A stretch of DNA of 63,134 nt, counting the filler, from Pelomyxa schiedti (taxonomy: Eukaryota; Protista; Evosea), in assembly GCA_020536535.1 (NCBI GenBank). It is 12 parts of 12 records of this genome, joined end to end, with 100 filler letters (N's around TTAATTAATTAA, not from the genome) between each part and the next. Parts side by side here need not be neighbours in the genome. Positions count along the whole stretch, not along the records: positions 7,721 to 17,328 come from JAHLWZ010001291.1; positions 17,429 to 32,092 come from JAHLWZ010000541.1; 10 more parts are not named here. One strand, given 5' to 3'. Of this stretch, positions 12,952 to 25,367 are shown one piece after another. The position numbers and the translations under genes were made by a program. Position 1 is the first letter of the stretch, and each line of letters begins with the position of its first letter. The notes under the pieces are model-generated. The model did not search any database, had not been told where the DNA came from, and worked only from the letters and a program-made list of their open reading frames with translations.

Positions 12952-13506
12952 TAATTACTGGTTTGCGTGGCCTCACAAGGTGCGTAGGAGAAGTGGCTGT
13001 TGTTCGGCGCTGTTGTTGTCATGACGTCTCTGATATTCGGAACAATTTGTGCTGGACATCAGGAACTTGTGCCGGTTCCTGAACTTATTAGACATCAAAT
13101 TCTTAACAACCCTGGACCCCCTGGCTTCGGGGGCAAACAACTCAACGTGTTGTAGGGATGTAGTGTACCCTGCAGTACTACGAACCGATCGTACGAAAGG
13201 GATAAGGAGAATTCTCTTAATTCCCCTGCCACTCTGTTCCGATTCCCCGTCCCATCAAGGATTGAGTGTCAGGAGGACCAAGTACTACAACTGTACAAAG
13301 CTACCACGGATGATTTCACTGAAATGGAGCCGGTGACCGGTTTGAAGCGGTAGTTCAGAATCAACGGTTTTTTTGCCATTTTCTTTTCGGGAACTGAGCG
13401 TCTCCGAAAAACTGAGCACTTGCGAAACTCCCGAAGTGTTTTCCGCAGGGTGTCCGTAACCGCAAACAACAAAGAACAAACCACTTGCAGCCCTCAGCAC
13501 CAACTC

Positions 13507-16500
13507 ATGAACAGTCCCAGTTTTACCCCTTGCCTACGAGGCCAAGAAAATTCGCAAGAACAACGAAATTCGTCACCGGCCGACGGAAGCGCTGCCGTAT
13601 CTACATCGGCGCCACCTCCCATACATCGCAGCCGTAGGATCGCGTTGTGCTCAGGATTCAACGAGGACACCGACGTCTCGAAGTGGCTGCTCGACAAACT
13701 CGCGGGGTGGTCGGCGGCGTCGCCGGGGATTGTGGGACCGTGGATCCGCGGAGTGTGCGATGGGATGTCGCGCACGGTGAACAAACCCATAACGATGAAC
13801 CGGCTGTGCGACGCGGTGGGTGCCGATGCCGATGCGTTCTTTAGGCCATACGGCTCCATCTCGAGGAAATACGATCCCCACTCGTGGTATGTGCCAACAA
13901 CGCAATATATAGCACGCGAAATTGTGGGATTGGGAAATTTTGTGAAGATTATTTTTCGTTGTGGATTTGTCCTTTTGCTTTTTGTGGCGACCAACAACAA
14001 AAATAAATAATAATAGATAACACACACTTCTAATCACCTTAACTTTGTTGAAATAAAATAATATTATTACTAATTGCTTTAAAAAGGGTTCATGAGCGAG
14101 AGAGCCGGCCACCAAAAAGCCTTCTTGGGATGACTTTATTTTGCGTCCCACTGCAAACGATATATTCGTGTGCTTGTTTTCTCATTTCTGCTCTTGGACA
14201 AGGCTCCACTGATGAGGATGACCCCGATGGCAACAAGAGATTCTTTGCTTTTGCAAGGTCATTTGATGTCTGTGTGGGTTATTCTGCTGGACAAATACCT
14301 ACGTCTGCCATCCTCAAAGCAGGTTCCACATAATCCCTTTTCCAACGTGGGGAATGCTACCGTTTTCTCTAAAATGCATTCTGCAGATTCGGTGGCCCAA
14401 TTTCAAGCCATGTGCTTGGATTGTGTCAGAAGAGGATTTCGTTTGACCCTTGCAATCCTTGAGGAACACAACAAACAGTGGGGGAAAGAAGTGATGTCCA
14501 AGAGTTGGATGTGCATGTTCAAGGTTCCAGTTGCCATGCTTGAGAAGTACATTGAAGCTGTGAATTCCGAGTTCCCCTCCACACCACTTTTTGTGTCGAT
14601 CAGGTTGACACCCACCCAGTCAGTTGTCTCTGGTTTGTACCACCACTTGATTCTTTATCCCTCTGCCATTCACTGATTCGTTGGTTTCCAGGTCACCCGA
14701 CTCCTCTGGCCAAACTTCAGAGTCTTTTTCCTCCACATCAAGTAAAAGTTCTGCCAGTGTCGGAGGGCTTCCATGCACCGTTTTATCAATCTGAAGCTTT
14801 GAATCTATTCCTTGGCCGCATCCCACCCACAAAGTATCCCCTCTGGAATCCTGTTCCAAACAGTGCCGCCTCTTTCAGCACGAGTTTAAATGCGGACACA
14901 TCCCAGGTTGTTCACGCCTTCCCTCCCTCTTGATCTGGTTGACAATTAACATATGTTGTGTTGTGAAGTGGGACACACATCGTTATTGCGATCAAGTTCA
15001 CGTGGACTCAATGGGACTCCCTATCAATTGGCCAGAAACTGTCAAGTGAATTTTCCCTTCTAGTTCGCTTCCAACACATGAACAGAGCGATTCTATCCCA
15101 CAACAGAGGATGCGATGCAGTCGAGATATTTGATTTTGGACCACCAGGTGTTGGTTTTTTAACTCACGCCTTATGCTCGTCTGTGTTCAAGAAGAAGTCC
15201 ACCCTAATCAACTGCGGCACTGCTCATGACGACCCCCGTAAGGTGCCTCCCTCAACACAGTCATCAACCGGACCTTTGAGGACGAAAATTGACACAGAGA
15301 CTCTGACACCAATGGAGAGAAAGGTTCTCGAGATTTGGTGCGAGGTCCTCCCATCACAACCATCATCGATCGATGAGGACTTCTTCGAGGCTGGTGGTGA
15401 CTCAATCGGAATGCTCAAGGCAATTGCATCCGCTGACAAACGGGGGTTGAGCCTCAACCTCAGCGATTTGTTTGCATCCAGAACAATCAGGTCAATGGCA
15501 TCTCTCCTCACATCAACCAACTCGGCAACAAAGTTCAAGTTCCCACCAATCAAGCCCTTGTCAGCATCAACGTCGAGCAAAAAGGTTGCACCACTGTCAC
15601 TGACGCAACACAGGCTGTTCTTCTTGGATCAGCTCCAACCGAACTCAGTTCAGTACTCTGTCTTTGGTGGTGCCCATTTGTTTGGACATCTTGATGGTGG
15701 CGCAATGCTGAAGGCAGCACTCTCTGTTGTGATTCGACACGAGAGCCTCCGCACAAGGTTCGTGACAGAACACGAGGAAGAAGCAACATCAACAACATCC
15801 CAAGGGTTTCAGTTGATCCTCCCTGTGCAGGATGCTGACCACGCAATCCAGTTCCGCGAAGTGCAATACATCAGACCAACCGAAAGCCTTTGCTGTTACG
15901 GTACCGAGGAAGCAAAACAGAAGTGGCTCAATGGTGAATTCCAAAAGGAAGTGAGCACTCCGTTTGACTTGAAATCAGGGCCCCTTCTGCGGCTCACCCT
16001 GTTCCGACTTGACGAAGAAGAGACCGTTCTTTTCGTCATTGCGCACCACATCATCACTGATGGGTGGTCAATGGTTGTTTTCACAAGGGAGCTCTCTCTC
16101 CAATACAACCGCGTGGTGGTGTCTTCACCCTCACTACCACAGCTCATTGAGCAACAGTTGAAAAATGGCAACAAAGCTGAGAAGATCGCAGCAGCTCCTA
16201 AACAAATCCCACCAGAACCACCTGCACTGGCGTTTCAGTTTTCTGACTTTGCAGTTTGGCAAAGGGAACTGCTCCTCAACACTTCCAACAACCTGAAAGA
16301 GAAGCAGCTCTTGTTCTGGAAGAAGGAACTTGAGGGAGTCAATCAAGTTTGCGAACTTCCGCTCGACAGGCCAAGGACTGACAACCGAACTTATTCCGCT
16401 GGATTCCACATCCACATGATCCCACCGTCACTGTTTTCGGCGTTGACAACACTGGGAAAGAGCATGAGCACAGCCACACCGTTCATGACAGTTCTCACTG

Positions 16501-17328
16501 TGTTCAACATCCTTTTGCACCTTCACAGTCCAAGGTGGTCCAAAACAGACAAAGAGGCCACCACAGCACCACCATCCAATCCACAAGGTGACATCGTTGT
16601 TGGGATTCCAACAGCGAACAGGCATTACCCTGGGGTAGAATCTCTGATTGGGTTCTTCGTGAACACACTCCCCATCAGAACCACCATTGAGGAATCAAAA
16701 TCGTTCAAGGAAACACTGGAGTCAGTGAAAAGCAAGGTTCTTTCTGCACAAGAGGCACAGGATGTACCATTGGACTGGATTGTTGACACTGTTGGAATCG
16801 AGCCAAGGCTGAGCATGCACACACTCGTTCAAGTCAGCTTCGTGATGGATGACTGGAAGTTCGTGGACAATAAGAACTTCACCATGGAAGGAATCAGAGA
16901 CGTGAAGCTTCTTTACAACATCCACCCCGTCATGTCCAAGTTCGATCTCACCCTCAATGCTGTTCCACAGAGCGACGGTTCCCTTGAGCTCCAGTTCGAG
17001 TTCGCCAAGGATATCCTTGATGACTCAACAGTGGTCAGATTCGCAAACAACATGGAGACTCTCATGAAGAGTGTTGTGTCCTGCCCTGACAAGCCCATCT
17101 CTCAGTTGAATTGCATTCATGAGTCGGAGACCAAGAGCCTGACAGTGTGGCATTCCACAGAGAAGGTGTTCAACACCACAACCACAGAAGAAACGAGAAA
17201 AGCAGTTCACTTCCTGTTCGAGGAGTCCGTCACAAAGCATGGAAATCTCCCAGCCTTGATGTTTGGGAATGAAACAGTGAGTTATGATGAACTCAACAAA
17301 CAAGCAAACCAACTTGCACACTTCCTCA
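13507..17328 (+). CDS. Hybrid starter-acyltransferase-NRPS (AT-T-C-A..., truncated at contig end)
   Basis: Removing introns 13887-14086, 14323-14386, 14633-14691, 14907-14968 and 15046-15085 gives one open frame with GYSAG (14277-14291), SVVSGHP, VLPVSEGFHAPF, LPINWPET, IFDFGPP, carrier DFFEAGGDSI, C domain HHIITDG (16044-16064), LIGFFVNTLP and A1 motif SYDELNKQANQLAHFL. Confidence 0.85.
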
Positions 17329-17489
17329 NNNNNNNNNNNNNNNNNNNNNNNNNNNNNNNNNNNNNNNNNNNNTTAATTAATTAANNNNNNNNNNNNNNNN
17401 NNNNNNNNNNNNNNNNNNNNNNNNNNNNTTTTTTTTTCAACTCCCCCATCCCACAGTCTCTAAGATTTCATTGTTGTTGCGGAGTGGAT

Positions 17490-17930
17490 GCATCCAGGGC
17501 TGATATGATTATCTTAACATTTGATGCTCACAAGCTTGATATTTCAGACGAGTTCAAAAGGGCTATAGACTGCTTAAAAGGTATTCCTCTTTTCTTGTCC
17601 CACGTTACTTAGTTTTTCCAAAGGTAACGATGACAAGGTGAGAATTGTACTTAATAAAGCGGACAGCGTCACCAGTCAGCAGCTTATGCATGTGTGTGTC
17701 ACTGATTTGTAACAAAATTATCGATTGGTGTAATAAGCATTTAGGAATGTAGCACTTATGTGGTCACTTGGAAAAGTTCTTTAAACACTGGAAGTTATGT
17801 GAGTCTACATTTTGTTGTTTTGGGATAGGCCTTATGTAGACACTGAAAATGAATCTTCTCTTTTCAATGTGGAAAGAGAAGATTTGATAAGGGTACTCAA
17901 TCCTCACCAACCAATGCTGCTTTGAGATCT
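17490..17930 (+). pseudogene. EHD: EHD/RME-1 (EH-domain ATPase) pseudogene fragment
   Basis: DMIILTFDAHKLDISDEFK, NDDKVRIVLNKAD...QQLM, ALMWSLGKVL*TLEVM*VY with two in-frame stops. Confidence 0.8.
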
Positions 17931-17934
17931 ACCC

Positions 17935-20900
17935 ACTCAATAGTGTTTGGAACCCATAGACCGGGAATCATGCACTTCAAGCTGCCCCTGGGCATGAATC
18001 CCTTGAACAACCACATGTCCCACATTCTCCACATAGCAAACATTCTGGCATGGCTGCAATTCCCTGGAATCTGTCAAGCATATCCTAAATATGATGCGGC
18101 ATGCCACCACAACACCGCAATCCATGGAACTCTGGCTAAATTCCCTGAAGTTACTTCTAACACTCCTAACTCTGCTAAAACTGCTGCCAGGAATTTCCTT
18201 GCTTGGGGAACATATGCGAATACTGGCTTCCTTGCCTTGGTTCCTTGCTGGCATTTTCGCATTTCCCATGCTTCCAGGTATCTCCTGTGTGTGCAGTGCC
18301 ATTCTTGCTTTTGCGCCTATGCTGTGTGCAGACTTGGTGTCAGAATTGCCAGAAATTCCTCAGGTTGTCCATGTTGCACTGCCTCCAATTTGGGGAAGGT
18401 AACACCATTCTCTTCAGAGATGCCAAACTAACTTTGTGCAGAGAGATTCTGGTGCCTTAGATGATATGAATATCGGCTCACAGATTCTAGCTTGGTTGGT
18501 GTCCAGGAGGTGTACCCATCACGAGAAGATGTGGCAGTCCAGTATTGGGTGGTCCAAATAACAAGTTCTCCCTTGTTCTTATTCAATGTGCCTCAAACTG
18601 GGCAAGGCAACCTCCTCACACACAGGTTCCTTCCCACACTCCAAAATCAATAACTATTTGGCTCTTCTAGACCTGCTGCGAAAATATCCATTTATTTCAG
18701 CAATTCCAATGCTGTTTTTCAGTGCAGTGATTTCTACATCACAATATGTCTGGGAGCTTCCATGAAGGCACACCTCACTACCATGTTACTGAGGGCACCC
18801 TTCCCTAAGGTATACTATGACTATTTTGAAAATCTCTCTATCATAGAGTGAAATTCAATAATTCCAATAGAATTAATGCTTAATAAATGCCAAGACAAGT
18901 TAATAAAACAATAAATACAACCAAAATGAATAAATAGAGTACTAATGGTACATAGCTTTGGATGAATTCTGAGCTTTGAATTTGCATATCTAGCATTCCC
19001 GCGTTTGTAAGAATACTTGCCGTATGTTGTATGCATGATTCCCATCATTTCCGCACTAATCCTGTTGTAGTATGCACACTGCCAGTGCCGGAAATGTCTG
19101 CTTCAGTGATTATTTAGGCTTCTGGCAGTTCTAAGATCACCTGCTGTGTATTGTATGCGTGAATCTCTTTATCTATTTTTTGGGAATCTGACTGTGATTG
19201 TCAGGGGAACTCCCAGATTATTTTTCTTATGTGATTTGATACGTGCACCCGTGATGGGTAGATTGTTTCTATTTTTAGATTTTTTTGATGAAAGTTTCAT
19301 CAGAAAGCTTACTAGAAAACGAAAAACAGAAATTCTTCATGGGTGATACTAACGCCCCAGTAACCAACTCGACAATCAAGCTTCCACCCAACCACAAACC
19401 ACTGTGTGATTCTGTAGAATACACAAGCAAACTCTCTGCGAGCACGAGCACGAACACCGAGACTGAGAGACTGACCTGCTGAGTCAGCACTCGGACCTGA
19501 CATCTTAGGAAATCAAGTTCGCGGAAATCTACCTGATCGTTCACCTCGATTTCAAGTCGTTTTCGAGTCCTTATAAGCCTGACACACTCCGACCTTAGAA
19601 TCACGACCCAAACCTCATAAATCAAAACAAACAACAAAACAGAACAAATAATAGAATCCTTTCTTGATCTCATTCTTGTTCTCTGCTTTGCTGTCACACA
19701 ACAAACACATCCCCACAGAAGCACACACCACAAACACAACAACATGTTCAAGCTCCATCACATCAAACCCAGCACCGATGGACAAAAAATGGATCCTAAT
19801 GTCAACAAAGCAGTGGGTTCCATATCTCCTCACAAAAGAAAACCACATCCCACGGAGCTAAATAGTGGAGAAGTGTGGTGCATGCCCAGATACAGAAAAC
19901 CCACCAAGACCCACCTTCAACACAGGAACTTCATGACTCATTGGTAGTTAGGAAATACCCATACTGCCACTTTCTAGAGACTCTAGATATCTCCTTCAAG
20001 AGAGCACAGCTTGGGGCTTGTAAAGTCAATCGAAAGGGTTCAGTGGAACCAAGGGCTGTCCCCAATCACCATCCAGAAAAGGTCAATGCCCAGTGGATAA
20101 AATTCAAGAGAACTGGATGATGGGCACAGAGTGATTACAAAGATGTAACTGCAGGTGTATGTTTGCCTCCTCACAAGCTTTTCTTTTTAGCTAATTTGTT
20201 TAAACAACACCAAAAGCCGAGGTCTGATGCATCAGGGGATGACTGGAAACCCACCACTTTTTTTGCCCCTCTGGCAAAGAAGGCTAATAAAGCTATGAAT
20301 CTCATGGAAGCTGCACGAAAAAAATCCCACAAGGAGGAAAGACAGTGCCGCAATTCTATGGCAAAACAAACTCATGAGCCAGAGGAATCAGGAAACCCAC
20401 AACAGCCACAGGGACACCAGATGGAGGTTTGATTATTCAAAAGGGCTAATTGGTAATCACACACAAAAAAAAAAAAACAAGGTAAAGAAGCTGCTTACAT
20501 TTCAGAATTTCCATCCTTTGGAAGATGGAGGTGCTGAGATTCTATTTTCTTTTGACAGTGACAGCAGTGCTTCATGGAAAGTGTCAAAGTCGGAACTGGG
20601 TACCCTTCAAAAAGCACTGAGGTGCAATGACCAGAGTGACAGTGAGCTGGTCACAACATGCACAACTCTGTAAGTTAAAAACCCTTATTGGAAACTGATT
20701 CTCATACCTTCCCTGTGGTCCACAATCTCCGGATACTGATTTTCTGGGAGTGAATGACAAAGAAAACACCTCTGCAACTCCAGCCGATTCTACCACTACA
20801 CAGTCAACAGAAAAAACCATGGAGGATGCTGTTACAGCTGGAAAAGAATTGCTGTCACGAATTTCAGATGTTGTAGACCCTGTTGAGCCACAGTCAAAAA

Positions 20901-21412
20901 GAGGTAAGCCACGTAGTGTCCAAGGCCACCCCAAGAAGAAGAAAAGTGATTCTCAGAGGACCACAAGAACTAAAAGTGCTGACACAAGAAGCACCTGGAA
21001 AAGGCAACCACCTGGAGTGGCAATACGAAAGACCAAAAACCAGGGACCCAAGGACAACCACCAAAAACGCCGTAAGGAAAATCACAACACCCACAAAACC
21101 CACAAAAGCAAGGAGATGACTCTGGTTCAAGCGGCTCTGGCATAGAGTGATAATACAAAAAATTTGTAATGTTTCTGTTGCTTGTAGTTCCCAAATGTGT
21201 TGCATTGCTTCCTCCGTTCCATTGCGTTCCATCACGTTTCATCTACAAACAACCAGCAGTTCTCTTCATCGCGTTACATCGCACTTAAACTAAGAGTTCT
21301 ATCCACCTGCACCACGATTCATCCTTCTACATCTCCCACCGACCGTCGGGATACATCGGGATGCATCAGAAGGCAGTAACATCGGGGATAATCGGAGATT
21401 TTAGCTAAAGGG
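17935..21412. mobile_element. Degenerate DNA-transposon-like repeat, copy 1 (piggyBac-like end)
   Basis: 18342-21412 is near-identical to 28310-31242; the shared end is ...TTTTAGCTAAAGGG with subterminal CATCGGGAT(G) repeats; left boundary uncertain. Confidence 0.6.
19403..19727 (+). mobile_element. 325-bp TG..CA element (solo LTR or Ginger-like MITE) with 4-bp TSD CCAC
   Basis: Absent from the homologous site in copies 2 and 3; termini TGTGTGATTCTGTAG and CCACAGAAGCACACA form a 13/15 inverted repeat; CCAC at 19399-19402 and 19728-19731. Confidence 0.88.
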
Positions 21413-24400
21413 TTTTTAATAGTCTGTTCATGCAGTCGTAAAAACCAGCATTGTTGGGTGCCTTCATAAAACGCTTTCTTTAGCCTTTGTAGATTTTCTA
21501 AATTTGGCTCTGGCCGGCGCTTTTGAGGGAGAGTTGATTGCTCCTCCCTCCCAATGGCATCATCCACTAAGTTTTCATTGTCCTTGGCTGGGTTTTTTAT
21601 TTATTGGTTAATCTTGAGGAAGAAGATTGGGTTCAAACCTGAACGCCGGAACGATAAAGAACAGAGTAGAGTTCTAGCACAACTAAAAACCAGGGGCCCA
21701 CACTCAATATCAAAGCTCATATACTTGGTGTAATCCACTTTGTCGGCAATCTGTTGCAAAGTCAAGAAAGAAACACCGAAAGTGCGTGAGTACCTCGGCT
21801 GGTACATTTGTTGGAGAGAGACCATGTATGTACATCATGATCTCTGCGTCATCTGAAAATTTAAATGCATTTTCGCTTACAAAACGAACAATTACTGAAT
21901 TGCATTAAGGCACTGTTTACACAAAGCTGGTACAAACCTGATATTCTGAGACAAGCCCAAAGTTTAAAAAATCCCTTGGCCTTGATTTGTAGTTTCTTGT
22001 TTCCGGTTAAAGATGTAACCTGGCACACAACTTTCACTGCAATCAGCAAGTTTGGGGAAAAATGGCATGTGAGGCTTACCTAGCACACGTGGCTCAGGAG
22101 GTGGTGACTCATTTGGTAAGAGAGCCCTAGACACTGCAACGGACAGTATGTCAAAACTTTCAGCCACGCAGGAGTTGTCGTTGCTGATACTCGGGCTCCG
22201 TGAATTTAAAGGTACCTTATTGAGAATAAAGGTTGGTAGATATGTGCCAACCTCAGGCCTCGTGTCTTTTGAGATTTTTGATTATTTAATGGTTAAATGA
22301 TTTGTTTTGACATACTTATATCACACTCATAAGGAGTATTTGCATGCAGTACCTTCTGGATGGGTGTATAAAGAAGGGCTATCTCTGTACTAAACCTAGT
22401 TTCAAACGACTGTCCCTTCACATTTTTGGTTGCACACATCAGCGCTGCTTCACAATTGTACTAGAGAGAGGGTAAGTCAACGTTTAAAAAGGAAATTCTA
22501 AAAAGAATAAGGTGTTGCCTAGTTACCGTGGGATAGGCAGACAAATGGCGGATTGCCTCGAGTGCACAAGGGCAAGGATCATATGCAATCAAGACATCTT
22601 CATTATCCCCATCAAAGGCAACATTTATCAGTCCTGATTTATTCAGCTTCATTCCATAACTCATGACTTCATTATAGGCACGGGGGTTCTCCACCCGCTT
22701 AATAGTATACATGAAGCCTCGCAAAGTTAATTCTTGTGCAATCAGTGGGTCACTCAAAATGGTTGAAAACTCAGCCATGAAGGTCTTGTCCAGGCTGCTG
22801 GTTGCTTCACACGATCTGTACCTGTGTTGAAGCTGTGACCAATCAAGAGTAATGTTTGCACACAACATACCTTCTTATTGCCTCACGCTGTGTATCCAGC
22901 AGACATGCCTCACTACTTTGTATTTCGTTTCCACACAGGAACCTTAAAAAAAGTTGAGATATGAAGAATTTTAGTCTATTCTTACCTATGTAAAAAGAAA
23001 CATGTAAGGAAAATAGGTCCTCTGAGTTGTGAAGCAAACTGTAGATTTTCTTTTTAGGTTTTTTCGCGCTACCCCTATTCCCAAGTTAGACGTACTATAG
23101 CTTGCTGGCAGGGATTCTTTTTTGCTTGTTTAGCATAAATGGACAAAATTTTATCCACATCATCGATTGAGGCATCAGAAACCTTGATTCATGTGAGTTG
23201 CCTTATTTTTTTATTGTGGCGAGATATACAATAGCGGATGCGTCAAATACATAGCCAAAAGTCTTTTTGAGTGTTGGTAGTCTAAGCTTATTTGTGCCTG
23301 TAGCGATCACAGAGATGCCGCTGTGATTCAATTTTACAATGATTCCTTTAAGCATCTGCAGAAGGTTCACAACTTTTTCGGGTATTTGCTGTATTTTCAA
23401 CAATGAACGCACAAGAAATTAGAAAAGAATAATCATAGGAAGGCTCGACCTCAAAAAGCAGGTCTATAGCCTCGAAATGCAGCAAAAATTGGCAATCACC
23501 ATGATGAGTACTTTGGAAATCATGACCTAAGTCGCTACCAACAAGACGCTCAAAATCGATTTTATCTACATCGAGGGGATTCCTTTTTTTTTTATGAGCA
23601 GGAAAGAAAAAAGGCCATACACACCCAGGAGTACAAGCATGTCTGTTAATACTCCAATACTCCAACAACTTAGAAAACCATGTTGGGAGACATTGTATAT
23701 CAGTATTCACCAACTTGCTTCCCCGAGTGCAGGAAATCTTTAACCACTGATAGTGGTTCCTTTTGCTTAACTCAGAAATTAAAGTTTTTCTGCCACTTCC
23801 TGTGTGCAAGTCAGTATCTAAAGTCGTACAACATAAAAACCATATCACCTGGGGCTCCAAAAAGTGTAATGAGACCAGGGTGAGTGTCTGGGTTCAAAAT
23901 GTGTGCCTCTACCTCAGAGTAGAGTGGTTGAGAATATTCCAGCAAAATTACAGGCAGCTCGTCTTGTGTCCATTCAGAACATCGCTCCTTAGGTGCAGTG
24001 GACTTTCTTTTTTGTGGAAGTGCTGGTTCAAATTTCCAGTCACTACCAGGATCGGAATCTTCAGCGTCGGTATCATACTCACGCCCACTTGTAGGGGTGT
24101 CACAACCACTGTCCGAGCTCGTGGCGACATTGTCACCCTTCACAGCCTTGCCGCGCTTCCCAGCCTTGTCGCCCTTCCTGGCACCCTTGTCCGTGCGCAC
24201 GGCGTCCTCCGTGTCCTCGCTGGCACTGCCGCCGCCGCTGCTGCTGCCACTGTCACTCTCGGCGTCGCTTTTGCTGCCCCTGCTCAGCTTCCCTCGAGAT
24301 TTCACCACCGGGCGGCGGCGCGAGGACACGTCCGAAGTTGTTGTAGTCGTGGTCGTGGTCGTGGTCGTGGCTGATGAAGTCATTGTAGGCGGGGACGACT

Positions 24401-24512
24401 CGTCATCTGAGGAGCCTGACGACTCCACAGGCACTGCGTGACGAGGAGCCGCGGTCTTCGCTGTTCGCGGCGACTTGCCCGTGCAACGGCGCCGTTCGCC
24501 CGTGTCGCCCAT
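21413..24512 (-). CDS. Hypothetical multi-exon protein with Ser/Asp/Lys-rich N-terminus; 3' end runs into the repeat terminus
   Basis: Chain of minus-strand ORFs (23811, 23348, 23203, 22461, 21964, 21601, 21319) separated by short AT-rich intron-like gaps. Confidence 0.55.
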
Positions 24513-24875
24513 CCCAACGAAAAGCACCAAAAAAAAAATACAAAGTTTTCACGATTGAGAGAAAACTCAATCGATCGGCTCGGGAATTCCCGACACAAAC
24601 TAAAAATAGATGTATTTTTGGAATTTTTTTCCTCTTCCGGGGACACGAGATTGTAGTGGAAATAACTCCGCAAATACTCACGATCTGGAGAACCTAGCCA
24701 CACACTACAATTAATTCTCTACAGAAACCTCTGACGATATTCCTCCTTTGTGTAAACGGTCAAGTCAAGGTTTGGTGCAGTTGTGGCAATTATCGAGCTC
24801 TGTTTTGGTCCAGATTCGGTAATGTGACGGTAAGTCCAACGTCCTGAAAGTGAAAGAATCAGGTTCGATTTCGAC

Positions 24876-24883
<8 letters not shown>

Positions 24884-24929
<46 letters not shown>
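24884..24929 (+). repeat. Poly-T tract (about 46 nt)
   Basis: Direct observation. Confidence 0.9.
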
Positions 24930-24931
<2 letters not shown>

Positions 24932-25367
24932 GGTTCATCCGGGGGAAATGAAGTGGGAAGAAGACAAAGAAAGTGGAGAGAAATGAATTTTTTTTTTATG
25001 GTCACAAAAGAAAAAATTGTTGCTGGTGGAACATCTTGCTGGCTAGTAACCTTCAGTCTCAGTCTGAGACTTGAGACTGAGGCTCAGGTTCACACTAGTT
25101 ATTTTCAATGGTGAAGATATAGTGAGTATTAAAACTCACAAACGTCATCATCTCTATGTCGGGCACTGTTTCCAATGGGGCTGAAATCACCCCGATGATA
25201 GGACTCTCGTTCCCATTTGAGTTGTGTGTGTGATAGTGTCTATCAAGAAGAATTATTTTTGTTATTATTCCTATTTACAATCTTTCTGTGGTACAACGGC
25301 GGGTGATTCAAGGAAAGGCCATTAGAATGAACGCTCCAGCCGTTCCTGTGAATGGCCGGCTCTGTCC

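Noticed and set aside
15078-17328. Bacterial contaminant or endosymbiont NRPS
   Set aside because: It is contiguous and in frame with spliceosomal-intron exons, on a contig with eukaryotic tRNAs and an intron-rich MFS gene
17490-17930. Stop-codon reassignment suggested by in-frame TAA/TGA in EHD
   Set aside because: Other conserved genes use the standard code and end normally; the fragment also has missense decay and is truncated, so it is a pseudogene
25053-25080. Short hairpin TCAGTCTCA..TGAGACTGA
   Set aside because: A 9-bp stem built from a simple repeated hexamer; not distinguishable from chance
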